Virus record (IMG/VR): IMGVR_UViG_3300036713_000105
Span: 1-29,895 of that record
Length of the DNA: 29,895 nucleotides
Direction: 5' to 3' (one strand)
Source of the DNA: a virus
Lineage: Duplodnaviria > Caudoviricetes
The notes below the pieces were generated by a model. It ran no database searches. It worked only from the letters and a program-made list of their open reading frames with translations, and was not told the origin of the DNA. Made by a program: the position numbers and the translations under genes. Of the stretch, positions 7,472-16,839 are shown one piece after another (the stretch's first letter is position 1; each line of letters starts with the position of its first letter).

Positions 7472-7692
7472 GTTTAGAAAATGACTTACAATCACTAGGT
7501 AATCACGAGCACTTTGCTCGATTCTTAAAAGTAGTATCAGAGCTTCGGGAGGAAACTATAGAAGAGCTACATAACGCAAGTAACGAACAGATACAACAAA
7601 TATCTGGACGGATTTTGACATACGATCAGATACTGCAAATGTGCGACTGGAGAAAACTCCAAGTTCGTTTTTCAGATAGGCTTGATACATAA
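7468..7692 (+). CDS. Small helical head-associated hypothetical protein
   Basis: ORF track; QQISGRI motif and position resemble the small protein usually found between portal and scaffold. Confidence 0.75.
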   Translation: MSLENDLQSLGNHEHFARFLKVVSELREETIEELHNASNEQIQQISGRILTYDQILQMCDWRKLQVRFSDRLDT

Positions 7693-7701
7693 GTTATAAT
7701 A
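7682..7701 (+). promoter_or_regulatory. Candidate late promoter TTGATA-N7-TATAAT-A
   Basis: Upstream of the scaffold/capsid genes. Confidence 0.6.
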
Positions 7702-7708
7702 CATTTAT

Positions 7709-7733
7709 CGCCATCGCTCGGCGTTAAGGAGTG
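7709..7733 (+). promoter_or_regulatory. H-type RNA pseudoknot covering the scaffold RBS
   Basis: S1 CGCC(7709-12)/GGCG(7720-23); S2 CGCTC(7715-19)/GAGTG(7729-33); overlaps AAGGAG. Confidence 0.55.
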
Positions 7734-7741
7734 CAAACATT

Positions 7742-8824
7742 ATGTCAAACGAAATCACAGAGGGAGTCGCTGAACCCTCAACAGAAACAACAGCGTTACA
7801 GTCAAATATGTCAGCAGCGGATTTTGTAAACCGCCGCTTGGGGAAACTAAATGAGGAAACTCAAAAAGAATCCCCACCAGTTGAAGCAATAGATGAAGTA
7901 ACAGAAGAAGCCGAGGTCGAGAGTCCAGAGGTAGACGCAAGTGAAGAAATCATTGCTGAACAAACTGAAGAACCGGAAGGTTCAACAGATGTTCTTTCAC
8001 AGTTAGATCTAGATGATATGTCCGAAGAAGATCTTCGAGAACTATCCGAGAAGCTAGGAAGTAGAGCAGTCGCTCGATTCGGGGAGCTCACAGCAAAACG
8101 TAAAGCTGCTGAAGCAAAACTGAAAGAGATGGAAGCTCAACTGCGAACAAAGAATCCATTAGAGACTCAAGCAGTAGCCGATAATCCATACGAATCATTA
8201 GATACAGTAAAAGGATTACAAGAAAAGGCGAAAGAAGTATCAGAAGTTATAGAGTGGGCAGAGGAAACATTGTTCAATGCAGATGGCTACGGACCCGAAG
8301 ATGTAGTAACAGAAGTTGAAGGAAAGGAATTAACGAAAGCAGACGTACGTAAGAGTTTACTCAACGCACGTAAGGCTCGTGATAAGTTCTTACCGGCTCA
8401 ACTACAAACAATTCAAAGAGTACAGAAGTCTCATCAGCTCAAAGAAGCTTTTGATGCACAAGCTGAAAAAGATTTGAATTGGTTACAAGGAGAGGACAAT
8501 GACGTACGAAAAAACTACGAAGCTATAATCGGAGATCCTAGATTCGATTCACTACGAGAAAAAGCAGATCCAGAGGTTGCAGCGCAACTTAACTATCTGA
8601 TGGCTCACGCAGCGAACAGTATCTACGGACGTAAAGCAATCAAAGAAACTCCGAAGTCAGCTACGTTGACACCTCCTAAGACAGCAATTACTGCTGGATC
8701 ATCATCAGATAAAACAGTGAATAAGTCCGTTAAGGCACTTAAAGACCTTAACCAACGTTTTAGACATTCTGGCAACAAGAGTGATTTTGTAACTCTCAGA
8801 ACTCAACAATTAAAAAATCGTTAA
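7742..8824 (+). CDS. Capsid scaffolding protein
   Basis: Acidic N-terminus, coiled coil (RFGELTAKRKAAE), directly upstream of the major capsid gene. Confidence 0.8.
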   Translation: MSNEITEGVAEPSTETTALQSNMSAADFVNRRLGKLNEETQKESPPVEAIDEVTEEAEVESPEVDASEEIIAEQTEEPEGSTDVLSQLDLDDMSEEDLRELSEKLGSRAVARFGELTAKRKAAEAKLKEMEAQLRTKNPLETQAVADNPYESLDTVKGLQEKAKEVSEVIEWAEETLFNADGYGPEDVVTEVEGKELTKADVRKSLLNARKARDKFLPAQLQTIQRVQKSHQLKEAFDAQAEKDLNWLQGEDNDVRKNYEAIIGDPRFDSLREKADPEVAAQLNYLMAHAANSIYGRKAIKETPKSATLTPPKTAITAGSSSDKTVNKSVKALKDLNQRFRHSGNKSDFVTLRTQQLKNR

Positions 8825-8849
8825 ACAACACAATACCCAATAAAACATT

Positions 8850-9851
8850 ATGGCATTTAGTAATACATATGACACAACAAATCCGGGATCTGGTGTTTCT
8901 AACAGAGAAGACTTGACAGATGTCTTGACAATTCTTGCTCCGGAAGAAACTCCAATCCTTTCCTCTGCTCAAAAGCAGAAAGCAAACGCTACATTCGTAG
9001 AGTGGACAGTAGACGCATTAGCTACTCCATCAACCGCCGGTATCGGTGAAGGTGATGACGTAGGTACATTTACGGACCAGTTCGCTGGACGTGCTCGTCT
9101 CGGTAACTACGTTCAGAAGTTCCGCCGCGACTACCAAGTATCGGACCTACAAGAAGCAGTTGATTCAGTCGGACCAGCTAAGATTGCTCAAGCAGAAGCT
9201 AAAGCAATTCGTGAGCTTAAACGCGACATCGAAGCAACTCTTGCATCAACTAACGACCGCCAAGCAGAAGATGGAACAAATCCATACAAGCTTCGTGGTT
9301 TAGGTGACTGGTTAGATTCAGCTGGACCTTCAGACGTTCCAGCCGGTTTCCGTACACCCGCGGACAGCATCTACACAACTACAGAAGCTGGAAGTACAGC
9401 ATTCGGTGAAGCTCAGTTAAATGACATCATCGCTTCTATCTTCAAAGAAACTGGTACAGTCAATGACCTTATGTTAGTTGCTGACACTAAATTACGCCGC
9501 GTAATCAGTGATTTCGCTCGTGTAACTGCTTCAGCTACAAACAATGTACGTTCAGTAAACTATGACGGTGGAGCTGGTGAAATCAAACTTACTGTTGATT
9601 TATACCAATCAGACCACGGTATCGTTTCTATCGTAAACGGTAACCCGGACTGTATGCCAGACTTCGGTTCATCAGCTGGTGAAGCTGGATACTTAATCAA
9701 CCCAGAATACGCTGGTATTCACGAGTTAATCCCAATGGGATCAACACGTCTACCTAACCAAGGTGGTGGTGAGCGTGGCTACGTGGATTGTGCTCTTACA
9801 TTAGGAGTATATCACCCACAAGCACACGGTGTTATCCAAGGAACTACTTAA
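8850..9851 (+). CDS. Major capsid protein (DUF5309/SU10-like, HK97 fold)
   Basis: N-terminal NREDLTDVLTILAPEETPILS, EWTVD, NYVQKF, ELKRDIE motifs; biased high-expression codon use; followed by a terminator. Confidence 0.9.
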   Translation: MAFSNTYDTTNPGSGVSNREDLTDVLTILAPEETPILSSAQKQKANATFVEWTVDALATPSTAGIGEGDDVGTFTDQFAGRARLGNYVQKFRRDYQVSDLQEAVDSVGPAKIAQAEAKAIRELKRDIEATLASTNDRQAEDGTNPYKLRGLGDWLDSAGPSDVPAGFRTPADSIYTTTEAGSTAFGEAQLNDIIASIFKETGTVNDLMLVADTKLRRVISDFARVTASATNNVRSVNYDGGAGEIKLTVDLYQSDHGIVSIVNGNPDCMPDFGSSAGEAGYLINPEYAGIHELIPMGSTRLPNQGGGERGYVDCALTLGVYHPQAHGVIQGTT

Positions 9852-9862
9852 TACTTACAATC

Positions 9863-9896
9863 GGTACGGGGGCGAAAGCCCCCTACCTTTTATTTT
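9863..9896 (+). terminator. Rho-independent terminator after the major capsid gene
   Basis: GGTA-c-GGGGGC-GAAA-GCCCCC-TACC followed by TTTTATTTT; GNRA loop. Confidence 0.9.
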
Positions 9897-9917
9897 AATC
9901 TTTAATAATATCTTAAT

Positions 9918-10595
9918 ATGGCACAATTAAATACTGGAAACCTCGGAGGAGGAATTACACATACATTTGAATTTGATTACAACGATCTACAAACAGATGG
10001 TTTTTTAAGTACAAACGGAGCACTGACTGGTTCTACTAAAAACCCAGCTCAAGTCTTTGGGGCAGATAACCAAAAGGTTGTGATGAGAATACCTAAGGGT
10101 TCATTTATGCAAATAGCTGGACTTACTACAGTAGAAGCAACTGCTGGAGCTAGTGACTTAACTTTTTACTGTAATGCAATAGATGAAAATGCAGCTACAT
10201 TAAATGATATGAGTGGAACAACATCGGCTCTTTTAACTCAAACTGAATTAGACAATAGAGTTGCTGGATACTCATTAGTAAATAATGGTAATGCTTATGG
10301 TCAAACATTGGCTAATTTTATAACTAATAGTGACTCTGGATTGGATGGACTTACTGGTGGAACAGATGCAGAAAATGGAGCAGCCGCAGCTCTAGCTCTT
10401 TATAATAATAGAACTAAAAATTCACAAGAAAGAAGTTACGCAGCTTATGCTCCAGCTCAATCAATTGCTGATACTATATACATAGGGTTTACTGGAAGTA
10501 TTTCTAGTTTAACTGCTGGTCGATGGATTTTATACTTCCAATTATTTGATCCAATTTCATTAATTAACGGCAAAAAACCAGACGCTTTAGCATAA
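9918..10595 (+). CDS. Putative capsid decoration/minor structural protein
   Basis: Follows the major capsid gene; G/T/N/A-rich beta composition. Confidence 0.6.
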   Translation: MAQLNTGNLGGGITHTFEFDYNDLQTDGFLSTNGALTGSTKNPAQVFGADNQKVVMRIPKGSFMQIAGLTTVEATAGASDLTFYCNAIDENAATLNDMSGTTSALLTQTELDNRVAGYSLVNNGNAYGQTLANFITNSDSGLDGLTGGTDAENGAAAALALYNNRTKNSQERSYAAYAPAQSIADTIYIGFTGSISSLTAGRWILYFQLFDPISLINGKKPDALA

Positions 10596-10903
10596 TGGAT
10601 ATTATTACCGATCTACCCAAGAACTTTACGGATGATGAAATCGATGCAGCATTTATGCAAGAGATTAAAAATGGTTTCAAGCTTGAACGTGAAACAGAAC
10701 ACGAGAGAGTAGCAGCTGCCGCTAAACAAGCAGCTCACCTTAAAGGTACCACTCATCCAGTTCTGGGTAAACCGGTAGCCACTATGCCGGCTCGTGAGTT
10801 CTTTAGATTAACTCATAAATACGGACACAAGGAAGTACACTCCAAAGAATTTTTAAAGCACTACAATAAAACATTTGCTGAACTTTCCCCTAATAAAATA
10901 TAA
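10595..10903 (+). CDS. Hypothetical phage protein
   Basis: ORF track; TAATG coupling at both ends. Confidence 0.8.
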   Translation: MDIITDLPKNFTDDEIDAAFMQEIKNGFKLERETEHERVAAAAKQAAHLKGTTHPVLGKPVATMPAREFFRLTHKYGHKEVHSKEFLKHYNKTFAELSPNKI

Positions 10904-11928
10904 TGCAAGTAAAAAGTTATACAGATCTCAAAGCACTCATACAAGCGTTAGCTGGTGTAAGTTCTTTTACAACTGAGGAAGATTCTAGGATTCTTAGTTT
11001 CGTAAATCGAAGAGCTGCGGAAGCATACAACTTGAGTCCATCTTGGGCAAGATATTTAGTAACCGGAGAGGAAAGACCACTTGGTTCTTTAATTGTAAGT
11101 GGTATAACATTAACAACAGCTCCAGTTACTGCCTACGAAGAAGCAGACCAATTTCAAGGAGTTTATCAAAATTTAGGAAATGATAGTAATGGAAACGCTG
11201 TTTATTTTCCTATGAATTTTACATATAATGTTGAATTTGCTATAGTAAAAAACAATACAATTAAACGTTGGGAGTTTCTTAACTTGTCGGAATTACCTAC
11301 AATAGACTCAGAAGGAGTTGTATCTATATCTGGAGTTACATCTGTTCAAACATTTCAAGATAAAACTTCATCTACCGATGGAACCGATTTAGGTGATTAC
11401 GATTATCCTTGGCAAGTTAAAAGATGGAATACTGGTGTTATTTATACTTCTGGTTATCCAGTTGTCGAACAAAGAAATATAATACCTAATGATAGCACTT
11501 TTTTTGCAAGTCAGAATCTTGGCGGACAAGTTTCTAGGGAAAGAATTGGTGAGTTCATTAGAATACATAGGAATCAATCCTTTTTAAATAATTCATCTAT
11601 TGAGTATGATTTTTATGCTGACGAAGATGGAGCAAATATTTTAAACATAGCTAACCCAACGGACGGTTCAGCGTTTATAACTTATAAGAAAGAGCTTCCT
11701 ATATTTACAGAGGATTCAACGGACTTTCCGCTTGAGTTTTTTCACTTTGTGGCTCACGCAGCTTATGCGGACTTCTTGCGTATGGATGGTCAGCACGGTA
11801 AAGCCCTAACGGAAGAACAAATATCTAAAAATTATTTAGACATTGAGTTAGAAAAAATAGATATTCGCAATAATAACAATTCAATCAATCACAAATTTTC
11901 AACTTACGTCAATCGACAAAGTCGTTGA
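10903..11928 (+). CDS. Putative head-tail adaptor (tail tubular protein A-like) with inserted domain
   Basis: Helical N-terminus (RILSFVNRRAAEAY...W) and C-terminus (FPLEFFHFVAHAAYADFL) of adaptor type; beta-rich middle. Confidence 0.6.
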   Translation: MQVKSYTDLKALIQALAGVSSFTTEEDSRILSFVNRRAAEAYNLSPSWARYLVTGEERPLGSLIVSGITLTTAPVTAYEEADQFQGVYQNLGNDSNGNAVYFPMNFTYNVEFAIVKNNTIKRWEFLNLSELPTIDSEGVVSISGVTSVQTFQDKTSSTDGTDLGDYDYPWQVKRWNTGVIYTSGYPVVEQRNIIPNDSTFFASQNLGGQVSRERIGEFIRIHRNQSFLNNSSIEYDFYADEDGANILNIANPTDGSAFITYKKELPIFTEDSTDFPLEFFHFVAHAAYADFLRMDGQHGKALTEEQISKNYLDIELEKIDIRNNNNSINHKFSTYVNRQSR

Positions 11929-11944
11929 CACTTAATGTAAAATA
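11925..11944 (+). promoter_or_regulatory. Candidate late promoter TTGACA-N7-TAAAAT-A
   Basis: At the gene junction before 11950. Confidence 0.55.
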
Positions 11945-11949
11945 CTCAT

Positions 11950-12288
11950 ATGGCAAATTCATTCGTAACTAACCTTTATCCTATACCAAGTGGATCCGGA
12001 AATGACCACAGACTGACAGTTGATGACACCGCTGGTGGCGTTCTGTTCTCTGGAGTTAATGATGACAACACAAATGCCTTCGATGCACTTACTAAATATA
12101 TAGCTATGGATGTCCAAGACGCTGATGTATTTATGACATTCGATGGTAGCGCACCTACAACATCAAACGGTCACAAGTTATTCGCTGGTAGAAGTTATAC
12201 CTTCAGCAAAGAGGCAGCTGTCAAAGCTAAGTTCATTCGCTCTGGTAGTACTTCCGCAAAAATTCACGCATCTCAGTTCACTAACTAA
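11950..12288 (+). CDS. Small beta-rich structural protein
   Basis: ORF track; FDGSAPTTSNGH motif; lies in the virion module. Confidence 0.7.
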   Translation: MANSFVTNLYPIPSGSGNDHRLTVDDTAGGVLFSGVNDDNTNAFDALTKYIAMDVQDADVFMTFDGSAPTTSNGHKLFAGRSYTFSKEAAVKAKFIRSGSTSAKIHASQFTN

Positions 12289-14996
12289 TGTCTTCAGAAC
12301 AACTAGCTGACGGAGTCAACCCTTTGGATGCTGAGTTGGCGGCAACTTGGGACGTACTTAAAGGATACTCTGGTAGAGATACCGATCTAGGAATAGCTCG
12401 TAGATTCGGTGGTTCCGCAGCTGCGTACTCATTGCGAGACATTGGTGCAATGAATGGCAGAGTTGTAAAAGCTCGTAGAGATGTAGGAGAAACATCAGAC
12501 CCAGAAGAAGATTTCTCAGCTAATCAAGTCCAGAGTGGTACATTAGAAGATTGGGTAAATGGTAAACTAGAGAGTACACTACCAGCAGATGTAGACACAG
12601 CCGCAGCTACTTACAGTCTTCGTAAGGCAAAAGCTAGTTACAGCGGTGATGCAGTTCGTATTCGTAGAAGCTCAGATAATGTTGAGGTAGATGTAGCTCT
12701 TGATTCAGATGGTAAGGTAAGTACTAGTTCAACAATTACAAATGTAGCTGAACAAGGTGGCGAAAGTGGAAGCACAAATGCTACTACACTTGGAGACTTT
12801 ATATCATATAGAGATAATATTATAGGTAATTCTGAGTTCAATACAGTAGCAAACTTAGGATTTAATGATGGTGGTACAGCAGCACCACTATGGAATAAAG
12901 CTGGAGGAAGTGCTGGAAGTGCAACATTTACATCTAATACAACTGAAACAACTGACCCAAATGGTGGTAATACTGCAGCTAAATATGAGTGGGGAACTAG
13001 TTCTGGAGCTGGTACTAATTGGCTTCGTCAAGAAACAGAATTAGCTGGTGGAGTAGAAGTAACATTTAGTGCTTATTACAAACAACTAGGCTCTCAAACA
13101 ACAGTTCGCCATAATTATTGGAAAGGTACTTCTGATATAAATGTAGTGTTAGATTTTAGTAATGGTACAATTAGTGAAGCCCCATCTGGTGGTTCAGCAC
13201 CTACTAGTTCGGCTGTAGAAAATGTAGGCAATGGATGGTATAGAGTTTCTATGGTTTTAACTACAGTTGCTGCAACTGTAGAAAATAAAGCTCAACCAGC
13301 AAGACAACCAGCTGGCGTAACTGGTGAAGGTGTTTATGTATGGGGTGCAATGTTAGAGGTAGGTAATACACTAGGCACTTATGTAAAAACAACATCCGAA
13401 ATACCAAATGGTGTAGCATTTGTCCACACTTGGTACGACCAAGCTGGGTCAAACGATGCAGTTCAAGAGACTGATGCTAACCAACCAAAGATTGCAGAGA
13501 ATGGAGCATTGCTTGCTGATGGATTATTCTTTGATGGTGTTAATGATTCCTTTGAGGTAACTGATATTACTAATGTAAACTTTCCAGCTACTGTTGTTAG
13601 TGTCAGCGAAACAAATTCAACTGGAATAAACAGAGCATTGTATTCATTAAATAATGATACTAATGCTTGTGGTGGATTTTATCGCTCAACAAATAAATAT
13701 GCTATTAATAATGGCACTACCACTTTAGCTGGTTCAGCGACTTACACTACTGGGGTACATCGTTTAAAATTTGATTTATTTAATGGTGCTTCATCCGCTG
13801 GATTTTCTAATTCAGTATCAGATATATCTGGAGATATTGGAACTGAAGTATCCCAAGTTACTCATTTTAGAATAGCTGGTTCTCTTAAAACTGGTATAAC
13901 TACTCCTCACAGCGGTACCATTAAAGAGATTATACTTTACACTTCGGACCAATCAGCCAATCGCTTCAAGATTGAGTCCAACATCAATAACTATTATGGT
14001 TTGTACAATGATGCGAATGATTTAAGTGCTGCCTTTGATAGTAATGGAACTATTGATAATGCAAGCAAAGATGGATTTACAGCAGATGTAGCTACATTTA
14101 GTCACTATGTAAATGCTACATTTAATAATTCAGTAGCAACTGGAGAAACAATATATGTATCATTTAATGCACAACTTGCACCTAATGGTGGAACTTCTGC
14201 ATCACCAATTCTTCGTTTACAAGATGCTCAAGTAGGAAGTAACACATCTAATCAATCATCCATATCTGAAGGATTTAATTCCATTGACTTAACTGCAACT
14301 GGAACATCAGATAGAGTGGGATTCTTGGAACAAGATGATAATGTTGATTACATTATATCTAACTTCAAGGTATCTCGCATAGCTCGTAATGGTTTCGTAG
14401 AAACTTGGTACGACCAAAGTGGTAATGGTAATGATGCTACACAAGAATCAGCTAGTCAACAACCAGCTATTGTTCAGAATGGTGGTATAACAACAAGTAA
14501 TGGTAGCCCATCTGTGAGATTTGATGGTAGTAATGATGAGTTAGATTTCACTGACTTAACTTTGACTGATGCCACTGTATTCAATGTTATTAATTTTGAT
14601 ATAAGTAAAAGCAGTGGAATCGTTCTTGGTGGTTCAGCAGCAGCTGGCTCTGGTGGTGCTATGATTCCATTTATGCTTAACTCATCTAGTACATCTGTTT
14701 ATGTTAATGCTAGTGTTGGTTCCCAATTTGTTAATGGAGCTAGTACTACATTTGGAACGAGATTAGAAGCAAGAACCGCTCTTAGAACTGGTTCTCAACT
14801 ACTATACACAATTGTAGATTTAGATGTCGCAGAAGCTGATACAATTGATGGAATTGGTAGAACTCCATCAGACCAAACCACCCATCATCCATTAGCACAC
14901 TACAATGAAGTTATCATTTACAACTCTGATTTATCTTCAGATAGAGGAACTATAGAATCAGAAATAGCAAATCATTACAATATAACACTTTCATAA
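12288..14996 (+). CDS. Fibre/spike adhesin with two ConA/LamG (GH54 arabinofuranosidase-B-like) modules and carbohydrate-binding-like inserts
   Basis: Duplicated motifs AA[AT]YSLR, FVxTWYDQxG..NDAxQ...QP, E[IV]I[IL]Y.SD.S..R..IES.I..[YH]Y; VGNGWYRVS...YVWGAMLE insert. Confidence 0.75.
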   Translation: MSSEQLADGVNPLDAELAATWDVLKGYSGRDTDLGIARRFGGSAAAYSLRDIGAMNGRVVKARRDVGETSDPEEDFSANQVQSGTLEDWVNGKLESTLPADVDTAAATYSLRKAKASYSGDAVRIRRSSDNVEVDVALDSDGKVSTSSTITNVAEQGGESGSTNATTLGDFISYRDNIIGNSEFNTVANLGFNDGGTAAPLWNKAGGSAGSATFTSNTTETTDPNGGNTAAKYEWGTSSGAGTNWLRQETELAGGVEVTFSAYYKQLGSQTTVRHNYWKGTSDINVVLDFSNGTISEAPSGGSAPTSSAVENVGNGWYRVSMVLTTVAATVENKAQPARQPAGVTGEGVYVWGAMLEVGNTLGTYVKTTSEIPNGVAFVHTWYDQAGSNDAVQETDANQPKIAENGALLADGLFFDGVNDSFEVTDITNVNFPATVVSVSETNSTGINRALYSLNNDTNACGGFYRSTNKYAINNGTTTLAGSATYTTGVHRLKFDLFNGASSAGFSNSVSDISGDIGTEVSQVTHFRIAGSLKTGITTPHSGTIKEIILYTSDQSANRFKIESNINNYYGLYNDANDLSAAFDSNGTIDNASKDGFTADVATFSHYVNATFNNSVATGETIYVSFNAQLAPNGGTSASPILRLQDAQVGSNTSNQSSISEGFNSIDLTATGTSDRVGFLEQDDNVDYIISNFKVSRIARNGFVETWYDQSGNGNDATQESASQQPAIVQNGGITTSNGSPSVRFDGSNDELDFTDLTLTDATVFNVINFDISKSSGIVLGGSAAAGSGGAMIPFMLNSSSTSVYVNASVGSQFVNGASTTFGTRLEARTALRTGSQLLYTIVDLDVAEADTIDGIGRTPSDQTTHHPLAHYNEVIIYNSDLSSDRGTIESEIANHYNITLS

Positions 14997-14998
14997 TT

Positions 14999-15262
14999 AT
15001 GAGCGAAGAAACCGAAGAAGAAATCACAATCAATTACTTAGTATACGACACACTAGACGATGCTATTGCTAGAGCAGACACAGAGGGTGCTAGACGAGGC
15101 TATGCTTACCACAGAGTAGGTAGCGGAACTCGTTATAGGACTTACCCTCAAGTAACTGCTGATGCAAAGTATGCACTAGTTGTGGACGGATACGAACTAA
15201 CAGAAGATGAAGAGTCAGCTATTACAAATAGCGTCACCTTCCCGGCACCAGAGGAAATCTAG
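14999..15262 (+). CDS. Small fibre-associated hypothetical protein
   Basis: ORF track; directly follows the fibre gene. Confidence 0.75.
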   Translation: MSEETEEEITINYLVYDTLDDAIARADTEGARRGYAYHRVGSGTRYRTYPQVTADAKYALVVDGYELTEDEESAITNSVTFPAPEEI

Positions 15263-15263
15263 T

Positions 15264-15422
15264 ATGGAGGAGACACTACAAAGATTATCCGTTGGTATCT
15301 TCGGCTGGATAGCCACGGATACAATACAGAACGTTGACCTAATGCTGGGTGTAGTGTCCAAAGCGGTTCTAATTACTTTAACAGTTTTATCAATCTATAA
15401 ACTTTGGAGGGAACTTAAATGA
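15264..15422 (+). CDS. Small membrane protein, holin-like
   Basis: 52 aa from the ATG at 15264; hydrophobic helices, basic C-terminus YKLWRELK. Confidence 0.6.
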   Translation: MEETLQRLSVGIFGWIATDTIQNVDLMLGVVSKAVLITLTVLSIYKLWRELK

Positions 15423-15823
15423 CAACAGAACTATTAGCAATGCTAGGCGGAGGAGCGAGTGGATTCCTCTTTAAACTTATTGGTACAATGGTGACTTCTC
15501 AACAAGCTAATGTTGACAATCTCATCAAGAAACAAAAAGCTTCTGACGAAAGTGCAGATGCAGCCGCTAAAAGAACTGGAGACGGTGGTGCTATTGTTCG
15601 TAGAATCATAGTAGTGACTGTACTATTCGGGGTGATTGTAGCTCCGTTCATCTTAGCTCACAGTGACGAAGGAGTAACAGTAGCCAACGAGTACAGTAAA
15701 TGGTTTGGATTAATTAAGGGTACAAGTTACCAGACTTTGCACGGGTATGTTATACTGCCGGAAATTAGACAAACAGTATTAGCTATCGTAGGATTCTACT
15801 TTGGTTCATCATCAGTTAAATAA
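15419..15823 (+). CDS. Putative 3TM holin-like membrane protein
   Basis: Three hydrophobic segments; C-terminal AIVGFYFGSS resembles the 3TM holin signature. Confidence 0.65.
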   Translation: MTTELLAMLGGGASGFLFKLIGTMVTSQQANVDNLIKKQKASDESADAAAKRTGDGGAIVRRIIVVTVLFGVIVAPFILAHSDEGVTVANEYSKWFGLIKGTSYQTLHGYVILPEIRQTVLAIVGFYFGSSSVK

Positions 15824-15844
15824 TATGAATTGTAAACTTTGTAA

Positions 15845-16669
15845 ATGGATAAGCAAACTGCCAACAAGAAACTCAAAGAACTGCGAGATTCTCTGTCCCA
15901 AGTACTGGATGGAAAAAGCTACAGCTCGTCTGAAGAAATTAAAAAGCAGTCTGCTGAAGCGATTAAGTCCGCTAGAAAAGCTAGCTCTACGCTTAAAAAA
16001 TCTTTTATCGAAAAAATAAAAGACCTTCCGGTTGTACAGAAGGTAAGTGAACTAGGAACCGCTGGGAGTGTCGCTGTAAGTACAGCCGCAGTTGCTCAGA
16101 CAACGGTTGCTGTAGATCAAACAGAAGTCTTCGTAGCTAGTGTCGCAAATGATATTGTAGAAGAACGTATCGAAGTTCCGATGTTCATTGATACCTTTAT
16201 TGATTTTCACGTGTTGAATGATTGGGGTCAAGTGGTTATCGCCGAGAAAATGGAAGCCGCTCAAGAGTTCGTAGATAAAGTTGAGGCTATCGCTTCACCC
16301 TCTCCTTCACGATCCGAAACTCCTTCTGAAGTGGATCCCAAACCTTCATCTTCCGAATCTTCACCAACCCAGAAGTCTGACGGTCCTTCCGAGCAGAAGC
16401 AAGCTGAAGGCAAATCAGAAGAGCAATCCAAAAAGGAACCAAAAGTAGAAGAGAAAGATTCATCGGAAGAAACTAAAAGCGATTCAGAAAAAGATAAAGA
16501 AGATAAGCAACAGCAAAGCCAAGAACGGCAAACTGAAAATAAACAAGAGTCTCAAGAAGAAGCATCCTCTGAGCCTAGCACAGAACCGGAAGATGTCAAG
16601 GAATTACCTATAGTTGAAACACCTATAGATAATGACTTATCAATCAGACAAGTATCACCCACAATGTAA
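15845..16669 (+). CDS. Hypothetical protein with basic N-terminus, weakly hydrophobic middle and S/P/E/K/Q low-complexity tail
   Basis: ORF track; TAATG-coupled to the next gene. Confidence 0.75.
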   Translation: MDKQTANKKLKELRDSLSQVLDGKSYSSSEEIKKQSAEAIKSARKASSTLKKSFIEKIKDLPVVQKVSELGTAGSVAVSTAAVAQTTVAVDQTEVFVASVANDIVEERIEVPMFIDTFIDFHVLNDWGQVVIAEKMEAAQEFVDKVEAIASPSPSRSETPSEVDPKPSSSESSPTQKSDGPSEQKQAEGKSEEQSKKEPKVEEKDSSEETKSDSEKDKEDKQQQSQERQTENKQESQEEASSEPSTEPEDVKELPIVETPIDNDLSIRQVSPTM

Positions 16670-16839
16670 TGGAATTTTTTAAATATATATTCGAGAACTA
16701 CAAGGACAATATGCTAGGAATGGCATTTGCATACATTGGTATAATATCAATAGTAATGATGTTCTTACCTAAGGACAACTTCATTAATAAACTCTTCAAG
16801 GAGTTCGCCTCAATCTTTACATCCCTTTTCAAAAAATGA
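16669..16839 (+). CDS. 56-aa single-TM membrane protein (MEFFKYIFENYKDNMLGMAFAYIGIISIVMMFLPKDNFINKLFKEFASIFTSLFKK)
   Basis: Translated by hand; TAATG overlap upstream and ATGA overlap downstream. Confidence 0.75.
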   Translation: MEFFKYIFENYKDNMLGMAFAYIGIISIVMMFLPKDNFINKLFKEFASIFTSLFKK

